Assembly (NCBI GenBank): GCA_047967505.1 | Contig: CM106538.1 | Reading direction: 5' to 3' (one strand) | DNA: 64,000 bases | Source: Dipteris shenzhenensis | Lineage: Eukaryota | Program-made: the position numbers and the translations under genes | Notes under the pieces: model-generated | The model's input: only the letters and a program-made list of their open reading frames with translations | Told to the model about the DNA's origin: nothing | Databases searched by the model: none | Shown here: piece by piece, positions 50,321 to 64,000 of the stretch | How the letters are laid out: each line of letters opens with the position of its first letter | How positions within the stretch are numbered: position 1 is the stretch's first letter

Positions 50321-53300
50321 GACTGGTGGCTATATAAGAGCAAGCCCGTGAAGCCCATTTCATCATTGGCTACAGCAACCCTGATTCCTTAGCATCCAGC
50401 CTCCGTCCTCTACTGTTTCCAACTCGCTATCAAAGCTTCTTTCACAGAAGCACACGGTTGGGAGGCAGCGCCATCTATTGTGTCAGTTCTACAGTAATCA
50501 AATTTTTTATTCTCCATACTATCTATTTTCTCTCTTGCATACGAGATCCTATTATCTGTTGAGCACAGACATTGTATTGTTTTCTTACATGGTATCAGAT
50601 CCTAGACTCTAGCAAGAAGATTTGGTAGTGTGTTTCTGTTTGCGAGCAGATTGTGAGAGATGGCCCAGCCCACAAGACTGCGAATCCCACCATTCGGTGA
50701 AAGCGAAAAGTTGGATGGCACTAACTATCCACTCTGGAAGTTCAAGATGAAGACCATCCTAAGCACATACGAGCTTTGGGATACTCCTACTGGAGTGGAC
50801 GTGAAGCCGGTTGCGAGACCGGATCCACCCAATGCAGGACAACAGATAGTACCAATTGCGGATGAGATTATCGCATGGACAAGAAGAAATGCAGATGTGC
50901 TGTGTTCTATTGTCTACAGTGTAAGTGATTCCATCATGGCATTAATTCAACATGTCACCACGGCGGAGGGTCTTGAAAAATCAGTACGAGACCACAAATC
51001 AAATGCGGATTTAGAATTTGGAGACTCAACTCGCGAACGAGAAATTGTCTGAGTCTGAAGTGATAGAGAAGTTCATCACCAGGGTGAAGAATCTATGCGA
51101 TCAGATGACTGCGATTGGCATCACCATCACCAGCGAGAATCTAGCACAAAGGTGCATACGGATTCTCCCACCAAAGTACGATGGTCTTGTTACGGCACTG
51201 AATATGCAGAACAGAAATCTGCCCCTCAACTTTGAGGATTTTAGCGCGATGCTTCTACAGGAGGAGATGCGTCAAAAGACGAGGACTAGAGAAGATTCGG
51301 CTTTCTATGCTGGATCAAAGAAAGGTAAGGGTAAGGACTCTGATAACCCATCTTCTTCTTATGATAAAAAGAGAAAGAAGAAGATCAAGTGCTTCTATTG
51401 CAACAAGGCAAGGCACAAGCAGAATGAGTGCCGGAAGAAGATTGCAGATGAGAAGAACGGAGTAAAGAAAGAGTCCAGCAACAGCATGCAAGCAATACCA
51501 GTAGAGCTATTCGTAGCAATTAAGGAGATTTGCACGGAGGTAGTTCATGTATCTGCAGATGACCTTGGATCATCGACAGTGGTGCATCGTGCCACATGAC
51601 CAGTCGGAAGGATTGGTATACCTCTCTACAGCCGATAGGGAATGACATCCTAGTAGCAGTCGGCAATGATGCAAAATGTCCAGCAAAAGGAAAAGGTACG
51701 ATTGCTCTCAAGTCAGATGGAGTTGTAAAATAGTTGTCCGATGTTCTTTATGTGCCAGATATCAAGATGAACTTGTTTGTCTTTGCGATCACCGATCGGG
51801 ACCTCAAAGTTCAATTCGATAAGAATGGTGCACAGATTCTGGATCTTCAAGGGAAGGTCATTGGTAAAGGTACACGTGCAACAACATCTACGAACTCTCA
51901 GCTTTCAGTGCTCGAGTCGATGTGAAGAACACTATGCTGTGGCATGAGGGGTTTGGTCATCTAAAACTTAATTCTTTAAAGGAGATGCATAAAAGTGGAA
52001 TGATTGCATACCTACCCGAAATTACAGATCTGTCCAATGTATGTGAAGCTTGCATGATGGGCAAGTAGCATCGGCAGCCCTTTCTTAAAGAGGCCAATAG
52101 GGCAAAGGCTCCTCTAGAGCTCGTTCACACGGACCTCTGTGGAAAGATGGAGACAGAAGCTTTGGGTGGTTCCTACTACTTCATGACGCTGATCGACGAC
52201 TACAGTAGAAGGATATGGATATACTTCCTGAAGACTAAAGACGAGGCTTTTAGTAAGTTCAAGGAATGGCATGTAATGGTTGAGAAAGAAACGGGGAAGA
52301 AGCTGAAGAAATTGAGATCAAACAGAGGTGGAGAGTTCACATCAACTGAATTCAAAAGTTACTTCACGGGATCAAGAGGCAGAAACCCCCGCCACATACA
52401 TCACAGCAAAATGGAGTAGCAGAACGCAAGATGCAGGCCATCTGTGAAATGGGTAGGAGTATGATGAAAGGGAAAGATTTGCCAAAGACTTTCTGGGCTG
52501 AAGCATGTAACACGGTAGTTTACATTCTGAATCGTAGCTACACGAAGGCTGTGAATGGGATGACTCCACTGCAAGCCTTTTCTGGTAAGAAACATTCAGC
52601 TGCACATTTTAGAGTTTTTGGATGTGACTGTTTTGTGCATCTCCCTGATGCTAACACGACCAAATGGGAATTGAAGAGCCAAAAATGTATTTTCTTGGGC
52701 TATAATGAAGAGGCAAAGGGTTACCATCTCTATAACCCTGTTACCAAGAAGGTAATAGTAAGTCACGATGTGGTCTTCTCAAAACAGCCGCATCAATTGG
52801 AGGAGGATGCTTCCTTCCCAGACAACCAGGACCAAGATATAAATCCAGTACAACCACCAACAGCAGACCGAACTCCCCCAACGGTGCTTGGGAGGATTCA
52901 AGATAAAGACGAGGAAGAAGAGCATGCAGAACCACAATGGCAACGGCCATTCCTGAAGTGGGTAAAGCAGCTTTTGGACAGTAGAGAACCTCCATCCATT
53001 GAGGAGGAACCATCCGAACACCACCGGTCCAAGAGATTAGAGGAGCAAAGAAGGGCACAGGAACACTTGGTCAACTACACTTTGATGACAGAGGTGATCC
53101 ATGCTGATGAACCCGTGTCTTGAAGAGGCATAGGGCGATGATAGGTGGATGGAGGCTATGCAGTCAGAGTATGGCTCCATAATGAAGAACAACACTTGGG
53201 ACCTTATGGATCGACCACCAAAACGCAAGATAATCAGCACTAAGTGGGTGTACAAGACCAAGACGGCACGTTGGATAAGTACAAGGCTTGGCTCATGGCA

Positions 53301-55358
53301 AAAGGATTCGCACAGGTACATGGTTTTGATTATCAGGATACTTTTGCTCCCATAGCTCGACTAACCACAATTTGCAGTGTTTTGGCTTTAGCAGCCCAGG
53401 GAAGCTGGCCCGTGTTTCAGATGGATGTAAAATCTGCCTTTCGGAATGGAGATCTCAAGGAGGAGGTATACGTGGAACAACCACTAGGTTTTGTGATCCC
53501 CGGTTATGATCCCCGGTTCAGAAGGTAAAGTCTGTAAACTGAAGAAGACATTTTACAGGCTGAAACAGGCCCCACGAGCATGGTATCAGCGGATTGATGC
53601 CTGCTTTCTACAAAACGGGTTGAGGAGGAGCCCATCTGATGCAAATTTGTATATCTTCAGAGGAGGCAGGTGTATGATCGTGGTCCTTTATGTGGACGAC
53701 CTTGTCATAACAGAGAACCATGAAGAGAAGATCTCGCAAACAAAGCATTTGATAAGAAGAGAGTTTGAAATGATAGACCTCGGACTGATGCATTTCTGTT
53801 TGGGGTTTGAAGTTTGGCAAGAGCCAAAACAGATCTTCATCTCACAGCTGAAGTATGTTGGAGAGATACTGAAGGCATTTGGCATGGCTAAGTGCAAGAC
53901 AGTTGGCACCCCTATGGAGGTTGACGTGAAGCTCTCAAACGAGGATTCATCACCACTGGTGGATGAAGCAAAATATAGAAGGCTTATGGGCAGTTTGATT
54001 TACTTGTGCAACACACGGCCGGACATCAGATTTGCAACTGGTGTACTAAGCAAGTTTTCCAATAAGCCCCAGGAGAACCATTGGAAGGCAGGGATGCGGG
54101 TGCTGAAATACATCAATTGATTATGGCATCACCTATACCAAGGGCAACATCTTGACCGGATTCTGTGACTCGGATTGGGCAGGAGACGTGGATAGTAGGA
54201 GGTCAGTGACAGGTTAATGTTTCTCACTTGGATGTGGAGCTGTGTCATGGGTCAGCAAGAAGCAACCCATAGTTGCTCTTTCTTCTACCAAGGCTGAGTA
54301 CAAATTAGCATGTTTTGCTTCTTACGAGGCAGTGTGATTGAGGAGGATTTTAGGGGACATGGGTGCAGTGCAGAACATGCCTACGCAGTTATCATGTGAC
54401 AATTAGAGTTGCATGGCGATTGCAAAGAACCTTGTGTTCCATGCTCGCACAAAACACATTGAAATTCAATATCACTTTGTACGCGAGCTCATCATGGATG
54501 GAGAGGTTGACTTGGTGTACTGTCCGACTATAGAGAATGCTACGGACATCTTCACGAAGGTCTTGGAAGAGACTTGCTAGAGAGGCATCTTCATCGACTT
54601 GGCATTGGACGGGTGGACATTGAGGGGGGGTGTTAGATATCAATGCTCCACTCTCATGTAACTACGCGAGAACTAGCTAACTCTACTTGTAAGCCCCCCA
54701 TATGAGGAGAAGGCATTTGAGTAGCTCGGTTATCTTGTAGGTCCTGGTTTGGACACCAGATGGGGGCCATGTGTGGCCTGATGGCTGGATGGAGTTGGCA
54801 CACTACCAACTAGGCTACATGCAAGTGCAGGAAGGCATCCCATGACTGACCATATTGAGGGTAGATGGAGCATTTCCCAGGGCAGCAGCCCACTCTCAGG
54901 TTGCGGGGCCCGTTTGGAGCCCTAGATGATCCCGGATGGCGAATGGAAACCATAGGAGTTGCTCTATTTTGTGCACCGATTCTATCGTGTGGTCGATGGC
55001 CTATTTCGGGACCGCTATTTCGGGACCGACCCCTAGTCGGCCATTTTGGGCGGACTGGGCCGGTCACCCAATTGGGTATAACTGACTATGACTGGTGGCT
55101 ATATAAGAGCAAGCCCATGAAGCCCATTTCATCACTGGCTATAGCAACCCTGATTCCTTAGCATCCAACCTCCGTCCTCTACTGTTTCCAACTCGCCATC
55201 GAAGCTTCTTTCACAGGAGCGCACGGTTGGGAGGCAGTCCCATCTATTGTATCAATTCTACAATAATCAAATTTTTTATTCTCCATACTATCTGTTTTCT
55301 CTCTTGCATACGAGATCCTGTTATCTATTGAGCACAGACGTTGTATTGTTTTCTTACA
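50321..55358 (+). mobile_element. Ty1/Copia element 2: truncated 5' LTR 50321-50589, PBS 50590, decayed gag-pol about 50660-54620, PPT 54621-54630, 3' LTR 54631-55358
   Basis: PBS TGGTATCAGA. Motifs KLDGTNYPLWKFKM, CFYCNKARHKQNEC, LELVHTDLCG, FWAEACNT, QMDVKSAF, LYVDDL and FCDSDWAGD. The 3' LTR is TG..CA, and the LTRs match at 252/269. Confidence 0.95.
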
Positions 55359-55844
55359 ATTCATAGGTAGACTGGTTAATATATCCCCTCCCCCAAATTA
55401 AAAAAACATTGGATCAAGAAATAATAAAATTAAAGCTTTGCTACTGAAGTCCTAAGTGATTAAAAAGAGGATGTATTCATATGTGCTTTAGGAAGTCTAT
55501 TATGTGCATGCTTCATCCACAACCAAACCATCATGTATATGGATGGACTCTATTAAAAAATTCCATGCTAGTATATTATTACATAGTCACGGTCTCCTCA
55601 TAAGCCTCGTCTCATCCTCTAGTGCTCACTCCGTTCTTTATGCGCAACCCCAAGCCTTCATTACAAACTTCTTTGCTTTTCATTTTCATTCATCTTTGCT
55701 GTTCATTTCATCCTGGCCCTTCCACCTTTTCCCACTTACCTTGATGGCCTTCTTCTGAGGTGACCCGTTCATTTGACTTTTACACTCGCTGGCTGTGTAA
55801 TTTGTTGCACAACAAGTATTCCCTTAGTTAGGACAAATCCCCTA

Positions 55845-55848
<4 letters not shown>

Positions 55849-55897
<49 letters not shown>

Positions 55898-55942
55898 ACA
55901 CACATGCACATGCACACACGCACACACACACACACACACACA
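55849..55942. repeat. Compound (CT)n-(CA)n microsatellite
   Basis: Direct reading of the sequence. Confidence 0.97.
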
Positions 55943-56537
55943 TAGGGGCACCAACTCAATATGTAATATGTTACTACCCTTGCCCAAAATCTAAGGTATG
56001 GGGGGACAAGGTCCATATATAATATGCATGGATTTCCTTTTAAAAATTCAAATATGCAAGGGAAAAATATGAAATTTTCATGTCCCCCCACCCTCAAAAT
56101 ATAAGGTATATATCTTGAAAAATATGCAAGATTTTAAGATTTTTACATATTTTTCGTAATATGTGAGGCATAAGGGGGGGAGTTCTTTGGATGAAGGGGG
56201 GTAAAACAAAAAATACACTAAAATATGAAAACCCATCTCCTTTCAAATTAATGTAACTTTTTCATGTGTTACCCAAAATTCAAGGTGTAAAGACATATTT
56301 GAAGTTCTTTCAGTGTAGAACACAACCATCTTAATTTGAATAACTATTACTCATGTCATATTGTTAAATTCATTTCATACTCAAGATTTTGATGGGTTTT
56401 CTTACTAAAGGGAGTTGGCACCCCAAGACACACACAACTATCTCCTCATCTCCACTCTTCTCCTCTCCCCTCTTCATATTTTGTCAAGGTAATAGAGCTC
56501 CTTACCTTCCGCTGAGGCATTGCGGTTCTTGAGAGAT

Positions 56538-56540
<3 letters not shown>

Positions 56541-56576
<36 letters not shown>
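56541..56576. repeat. (GA)n microsatellite
   Basis: Direct reading of the sequence. Confidence 0.97.
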
Positions 56577-56578
<2 letters not shown>

Positions 56579-57019
56579 CATGTTCATGCCTCTTGAGTGA
56601 TTGTTCAAATTCTCATTGAGAGATTTCATTAAGTGTGAGAGAGATATTTCCTTCTCGAGGGATTTTCTTTGAGTGAGGCATTCTTCTTGAGAGATTATTC
56701 TATTTTTGAGAGAAAAGAACTCGAGAGAGATAGATCCTATCCTAGTTCTCATAAAGGTTTCTTAGCTCTTGGTAGTGTCTACAAAAGGCTCCCAATGAGC
56801 TAACCACATCAAACATACAAGGCTAGAAGCTTTGACTTCTACAAATTGATCTACAACATCTACAAACAGCCCAAGAGCCTAGCCAACCAACAGTGGCACA
56901 GTAGCCTCCCACCGGCATCCAACTCCAGTTACAGCCACCATCAATGCATCAACAACGAGCCATAGGGAAAGCCTTCCAATGGCAAGCACACCTCACGATT
57001 ACTTCAACAATTCCAAGTG

Positions 57020-57331
57020 ATCTTTCTACAGCCCATATGGGCTCTTTACCTCAATGCAACTACAAATATGGGCTCTTTCTACAACCCATATGGGCTCTTT
57101 ACCTCAACTCAATGGTACAAAGCACCACCCACGGCCAGCAACTCTACAAACTGTAGCACCATCTACGCTTACGGTTGCACCATCTGTGCCCACAACAACA
57201 ACCTGAGCTCCCAACTGAGCTGCAACTTCTCCATCCATAGAACTACATGCAAAGGCAATGGGTCTCTACGGCTGCCAACGATGCACAAGCTCCTCCAATG
57301 GGTCTCTACGGCTGCCAACGATGCACAAGCC
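57020..57331. repeat. Two short tandem duplications in a low-complexity region
   Basis: TTTCTACA.CCCATATGGGCTCTTTACCTCAA occurs twice, and CAATGGGTCTCTACGGCTGCCAACGATGCACAAGC occurs twice (about 40-bp period). Confidence 0.8.
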
Positions 57332-58249
57332 ACCCAACCAACTAATTGGAAAAACGACAAAAAGGAGGCAACAACGGTTAACATTACACCATACCGAAAC
57401 CAAGCTTCATGGGGTGGGGAGGAGGTCTCGATGGTGCAAGTGGCCAAACAAGACGCTACACTACCTACGCGGGCAAATGGGTATCCATGTTACGTGACAA
57501 TGTGAGCCCTGTCAACTAGTCAAACGGTAAGGCATTTGGTTGTCATTTGACATTACCTGCCTTTATGGATACACCGTTGGCTCCCGCCTTCACCATGAGC
57601 ATGAGGAGATGTGACCTCGTTGAGGCAAGGCTAAATTGTGGCCTTCACAATCTTCTCCAATTCTACAAGCAACAACAGCTTCTACTCAACGATGGGGAAA
57701 ACTTTAGTATCTAGTGCCGTAACTCACAAGGGATCAGTCCTCGCGGAACACTACGTCGCCAGCCAAGTGCATAAAACTAGAGCTACACATGCATCAATTG
57801 CAACCGCAAAGTTAATCCAATAAAGGGTATCGAAAAGGCCACCCCAGGCTAGAAAACCACAATGACCTCCTCTGATGTAGTAACCTGCAATGCCTCTATC
57901 ATTGCTACAACTGCAGTAGATGTTGCCGCCATGGTTGCTATTGTGTTGGAGCTGCTCCAACCCTCTTCGAGTAAGGGAACTGCCAACCATAGGATTCCTT
58001 GATGAAGTACCTACCACAATTGGCACAAGTGTCACCGAAACAGTTACCCACTTGAAAATCACCAATGGGGGAAGTGGAGGCACTAGAATGAATTGCATCA
58101 ACGATAGCCCATCATTCAGCAAACTCATAGACACCCCTATTGATGCCATGACTGCATGGGAAGGAGTAAGGGGGGCAATAGAAGGAAGCACCATCATCGA
58201 TACTCCCTGCATGCTATGAGGACCTTGATGCCTCTGCTTCTTAGACTCT

Positions 58250-61200
58250 CGACTGGATGAGCCACACCCTGTAGAGGACCTTCTTCGAGGGTAAAAATTA
58301 CTGCCATATTCCTTCGAGGAACAGTAGAGTCAAGAGTCAAGTTGTAAGGGAAACAAAACCTCCCAAAATCTTCCCGATCTTCGAATTCACGTCTTGTTTC
58401 TTCTCTACCACCATCGCCACCCTCTGTGCCTCTGCATGGATTCTCTCCTTCAAAATTCATGCCCAAGGCACTGGTCTTTGCTCTACTACCACAATCATTG
58501 CACGAGACATGGGAGTAATCATATAGGTCTTTGCTTGCAAACAGACCGACTCCAGAATCCACCAATAGAGATCATGAACTTGAACATCCTTGCAAGTGCT
58601 CAACTTATACTCACCTCGAGCTGGGTTGCCAAACTCCGCCACCATCTCCTCAGCTGAAGACCATAGGCCACCATAGGCCTACCCAAGAGCACAATGTATT
58701 CTGGTTTGGAGCCTCCATATCCAACACCACAAAGGAGACAATGAAAAAAATTTTGGCCACCTCCAAGACTATCGCTCGTAAGATCCCTAGTGGCTGAACT
58801 CAATGTTGATTTGCCATGTGGTCTAGGAATGGCACCGATTCCCATGACATCCATCCCATCTCCTGGCATGTCTTCAGGGTGACGATGTTGACTCTAGAAC
58901 CTCCGTCCACCTGAACTTGCTCGAAAGTCCGTCCTTGTGCTTTTGCCGTAATCACAGGAATCTGCATATCTGTGAGAGGGACTGCCGACACCAAAGAGGA
59001 ATCAGCTTGGCATACACCAACCTCTTCCGGCTCCAACTCCTTGTTGTCAAGGGATTGCGGCAATTGTCAATGGAACTTGGGTACCAAGTTGAGCACCCTA
59101 CCAAGCGAAACATGTATAGGTGTCTCCAGAATGGATTCCATTTTTGGCTCCCATTATGGGGAAATTGCCCGCCTCCTAGCTTGATAGGCCACTAAAAGTG
59201 GAGCTGCTTCGACGACATTCAGACCATTGCCTCATAGATGAAGCTTGAACTTTTCCTGGACAATCTCCAGCTCTGATTGGGCAACCGGATCTGCAAACTA
59301 CACCTTGCATGGCACCTCGATCGCCATTTCTTGCTCAACGGACTTAATCAAAGGGGCCTCTTCCACCACCAAATATCAGACCTAATGTCGTATTTGCTCC
59401 TGTATCGGCCAATCCAGCATCGTGTCACCTTTCTTTGTGATCGCACCCTGGAGTTTTGTGCCAACACGTGTGATGATACTGATTTTCGAGTACACCTACA
59501 AATCATCCTCCACAATGTGGACCATGGAGGTACTAGGCATCTTCTCCATCGCCTTTTGCCACTCTGCTCGTTGGCGTTGACCGTTCGGGCATTCATTCGA
59601 CCAATGGCCTTCCCCCAAATAGAACTGACAAGTTTTCGATTTTCAGCCGATTTAGCCCATGACCTCCACCATCGCATCCGCAACTGTGGCCACCGCCTCT
59701 TGGCCTGTCGATTGTGGATGCTCCTCTTGCACATAGGATGCTCCTGGATCTTGCTCACTAGAAGCTAGCCCACTATGTTGTGGGTGTTGGTCATGCATAT
59801 CGCACACCATTTCTAGTTGAGCATGCACTCCATTGCTAAATGCACTGGATTACGAGAGTGCGTGCACCATCATCCTTTCAATGCTTTTCCAATCGAGCTG
59901 TCACCAGAAGTCCCTAGAGCGACCTTTCCTCCTTTAGAGGATTTTTGGGTCTTCTTCTCCACTTCCGAGTCAAACTCCTCAATGCTGGCTTCTTCAAGGC
60001 TCTCTTCGGAGCTATAATCCTCCAAATCTTGATCATTGTCATTTGACGTCTTTGCTTTCACCAATTTCTTCTTGGCTTTGGCTTTTGAGGACTTGCAATT
60101 CTTGGCCACTCTAACCGTGCAGAGCCTCTCCCACTCGTACCGCTTGTTCCACAACCGATGTGAGCCCCATTTGGACCCAATCTACTATACCCAATGCCGT
60201 TCACAAATCGTGGGACCCAAAATGAAATAATCATTCACGAGCACTTATTGGGCATGCCAATCCACCCACAAGCACACATTGCCGAAGTAGATGAACTTGG
60301 GCCACATAATCCTCCACATCTTGATCTCCCTGATCCAACCACCGCAGTCCTTTCAGAGTTTGTAGTATCATTTTCTCTTTACGAAACTATCTCAAGAACG
60401 CGGTGCAGACGAGATCATAAGTGGTGAAATAGTCCACCACATACTCTACAAGCCACCTTGATGCCTTGCCCACCAAGGTCGATTCGAACACTACCTCCTA
60501 GTGGAGTGCTACCATGGGTGGTGGGTTGTTGACTGCATACACCTTCTCGAATTGCTTGACATGAGCATTGAGATCATCGATTTTCTTCCCCAAAAACTTG
60601 GTGTAAACTTGGGCCGCCATCCGTCTCCCTCTTGCAGGTTGAATGATCGGTCTGCCTGCTCCTCCTGATGGCCCTCCCCCTTTGAATAGATTGTGTGAGG
60701 CTGTCGAAACCGCTATTAGAGAGGAGGATGCACTCAACACCCTATGTCCATCCAACGAGACCCGCACACACAGACCTAAGCACGTACAAGGTGGTGAGTG
60801 TGAATGCGAGGGTGTCCCTTGGCTACGGTCCACCAAGAGGACCCACGGAGTGCTCATCTTCATGGACGAGATCACTCCTCCTTCGACGTATCCATGTTGT
60901 TGGTGTTAAGGAAGCAGGACCCTATGAACGTGTTCACATGCATGCTTACTATGAGGACAGCAAGTGCAGAATCCACTCCCAAGACCACCGAATGAGGTTG
61001 GTCATGACAATCTCTACGCTCGCCTTACTATAAGCATGGTTTTGTGGTTCCATCCGCATCAAATGGAGCGCGTCTTGAAATTTCCAAATGTGACACCTTA
61101 CTGCTGCAATCTCCTCGTGAACCTCTGCATGAGTGCGTGGCGGTGCCAGCAAATTGACCATGCGACGTTCCTCCACAACTGCAGTAGGAAGAGGATGACA

Positions 61201-61400
61201 TGAGAACATAAACACCCTACTATAGATGGGCCACACCCTAGATCGTGACTTTCCTTGCATACGTAGTAAGAATGCGCATCATGATCGCCAATGTGTAGCG
61301 TCCCTATACCGCGCAAACGCTATGGGATATACAAGATGAACACACAATGCATCATCTACGAAAAACACAGAGAACAAGAAAGAAGAAGATCACCATAACA
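58250..61400 (-). mobile_element. Gypsy-like element: LTR end/PBS, long gag and aspartic protease; no RT recognised
   Basis: Minus strand ..GCTACACA TTGGCGATC at 61292; gag YTKFLGKKIDDLNAHVKQFE; protease VQVDGGSRVNIV followed by LLGRP. Confidence 0.75.
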
Positions 61401-61884
61401 CTTTGTTGGATTCAATTCCCTTTGCATCATTTTTCTAAGCATTTCTAGCTCTTTGAGAGATCTCACTTCTCTCTTGCAATTTGTTTTCATGGACTTGATT
61501 TACTACATTCTAGACCATCTAGCATGAAAAAAAACATCGTATATCCTCCCATGACCCCTTAGGTATTTATGCATTCTTCATGCATTTTCAATGCCTATAT
61601 GTAGGAGACATTTCTTTGCATCCCCTTAAAAGTGTTTTGCCAGTGTTTTTAGCTACCCTGTGCACGTGCGCGTGTGTGCATGCGCACATGTGTGTGTATG
61701 CACATGCAAATGCACACATGTGTGCAAGGGTGCCCTTACATTTGTACATGGTGGGAGGAGCTGGCTCAATAGCTTTCTTTTGCTTTAGCTTAACTAATAC
61801 ACAATCTAGTAATGCAGAAACAAAGAGGGGAGTTCCTTTAATTTCTCCTTTAGCTCAATGCTTATACTGCCAGACCAAGTAACT

Positions 61885-61910
61885 CCTCTCTCTCTCTCTC
61901 TCTCTCTCTC
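61885..61910. repeat. (CT)n microsatellite
   Basis: Direct reading of the sequence. Confidence 0.95.
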
Positions 61911-62430
61911 CCCCCCCAATATATAGCATGTCATTCTCCACTAGATGAGCTGATCTTAAGCAAGAGATTCAATAGTAATCCTTTGATATGACCTATGTGA
62001 TCTTTAATACCAACTTTTGCATCAAGTATGAATGCATTCTTGTTAATTAGATATGCCACAACATTGTCCATCTGAAAAAATGAAAGAAGAGCGAATATTC
62101 TAGGTTATCCATCCCATGCGGAGTTTGACCAAAAACCAATCTTTAGTCGTTATAGGTCTATTGGTAAGCCAAGTCCATATGTGAGCAATAAAGTCCCACA
62201 CCTTCGTTTGCCACTGGACATGAAATGAAAAGATGCAAAGAAGTTCCAAGCACGTAGTAAAAAAGACACAATTACCAAGTGCAATTCACTGTTTTTGCAA
62301 TCGGTCTCCCCTAGGTAAGCCTCCAATTAGCATGCGCCAAATAAGCACCTTCCCTTGATATGCAATCTTAGAGCACAATCCTTGTAAAACTATGTCCTTC
62401 CACCAAGCCTTACTTTTATAGGTGTGCCAT

Positions 62431-62625
62431 ACCCAATTAACCTTCTAAGTAAGCTAGCGCTTCTCTTTCGCATCCTAAGGTACACTTGATTTGTTGTATG
62501 CTACACTATGTCTCGAGGCCGATGCCTTCTAAATACCCAATTAGCCTTCTAAGTAAGCTAGCACTTCTCTTTCACCATCGTATGGTACACTTGATTTGTT
62601 GTACACTACACTATGTCTCGAGGCT
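62431..62625. repeat. Tandem duplication, about 104-bp period
   Basis: ACCCAATTA.CCTTCTAAGTAAGCTAGC..GGTACACTTGATTTGTTGTA..CTACACTATGTCTCGAGGC occurs twice. Confidence 0.85.
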
Positions 62626-64000
62626 TTCTTAATGCCCAATCTAACCAAGGTTGTAGATCCTCCACCTGAGGAATGTCACCAAATGGAGTGTGTGTTGCCA
62701 AGGTGTTGCCCTCAACTTCTCCCATAACTAGACATATCCATGGTGACCCCCCCCCCCTCTCACTCTCTCTCTCTCAGATAATGTGTAACTTATACTTTTT
62801 ATACAATGTTCCTGGGTCTTATTAGATGACTTTTAAATATTTAAAAAGTGGACACTAGATAATTTTATCATTGTTTAGAGGTGATGGTAACAAAAATCTA
62901 TGTTTAATTGAGCCAATGTAGTATTACAATATGAGTTATCAAGGGTTCGAAAAATTAACCACATGCAATGAAACAAAATATAGTCTGTAAGAGATGAAGT
63001 AATTTGTTTTATTTGAAAGGGAGGTTGCGAAGGCTTATTATCCAATTTTGCATGAGTACTTCTGTTTCCTCGTTTCTTTGCATCAGCATTGTAAAAATAT
63101 ATGGCCACAAATGTAGGATTTTATGAAGGTGGATTGTAAAAAATCTACAGCCACAAATGTAGATTTGGTGGATCCATGGATTCTTGTTTAAATTTTGTGA
63201 CTTGCAAGAACCCCTTTTGGGTGTGAGGCTATGTAAGTAGTACTTGAACCTAGTAGTCCTAGACGCAAATCCTTCAATAAGTGCTTTGTAAGGTGAAATT
63301 GCATGTAAGTGTCTTTTCGGGGCACTTAGGAAATCAACTATAAGATAGCAACAATAAAGGGCTTAATAAAGTGAAATTGCATTTACGTGCCGTTTTGGTG
63401 CATTTAGGAAATCGGGGGTGCAAATCTATTTGGGTATAGCTTTTGGAGCCAGCGGTAGTGTGATGCATGATATGATATGGTTGGGTGACCATGTGGTTAT
63501 GGCTTAACTTTTTTTTAAATATTACAAAATAGAGATGAAGACTCGTTTTGTAATTGTGTTGTTGTGGAGAGCATGTGATAAAGCTGATGGGAAGCCAAGT
63601 GTGAAGAAAGGCGAGCCAAAAAGCGTGGGCGTAAAAGGAAGTGATAAAAAATGATGGAGGCGGATACATGGAATGATGCGGCATGGAGCATGGATGGCGA
63701 ATGATGGGGGATGATGCGGGCATGGAGTATGGTCATGGCGATGGCCATGGCAATGGATGGAGCATGGTCAAATGATGGGGGAGTGGCAAATGGTGTCAAT
63801 CGGCGTGCCACGTGGGAGGGGGGGCCCTAATTTGAAAAGTATAATTGGGCGAATGGAGGGGGGGTTAGGGCCCGCCACGTGGTCTGGGTCATAATAAAGT
63901 TGGATAGCTGCGACCAGGGTTTTCTGACATTCCAACGCATGTACGGCGCCGTGTGTCCCTGTCCCGTACACCCTCCGTAACCACGGACCCCAACTACGGC

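Noticed and set aside
55769-56752. ORFs with ERERER, LSLSLS or HTHT runs
   Set aside because: They are microsatellite translations.
56760-58220. Possible extra LTR/PBS (TTGGTAGTG at about 56770) and gag-like low-complexity ORFs
   Set aside because: No paired LTR or diagnostic protein motif was recognised.
63300-64000. GC-rich end with CATGG/GATGG repeats and short ORFs
   Set aside because: It is cut by the window edge and has no recognisable domain or terminus, so it is left unassigned.

Overview
Plant nuclear DNA, probably from a non-seed land plant; this is inferred from the transposon families present and is not proven. Only one intact host gene is visible: a six-exon, 187-aa secreted LRR protein at 879-1980 (+). 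It looks like a SERK/BAK1 ectodomain with no transmembrane or kinase part. The remaining ~60 kb is nested, decayed transposable elements. Two CACTA/EnSpm families are each present in two partial copies, with the intron-containing TNP2 transposase and a TNPA-like gene transcribed divergently around palindromic repeats. There is also a Sola2-like transposase remnant, a MULE/SWIM element, a hAT BED fragment, two Ty1/Copia elements, several Ty3/Gypsy fragments, four copies of a ~245-bp MITE with 8-bp TSDs, and a fold-back element. The two most unusual signals are a decayed, spliced ORF with a beta-class (N4-C/N6-A) DNA methyltransferase-like motif order at 39341-41159, and an intronic array alternating a constant purine tract with variable hexamer-built palindromes at 17690-19440 and 36170-37500. 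All family calls come from reading motifs by eye; no database searches were run.
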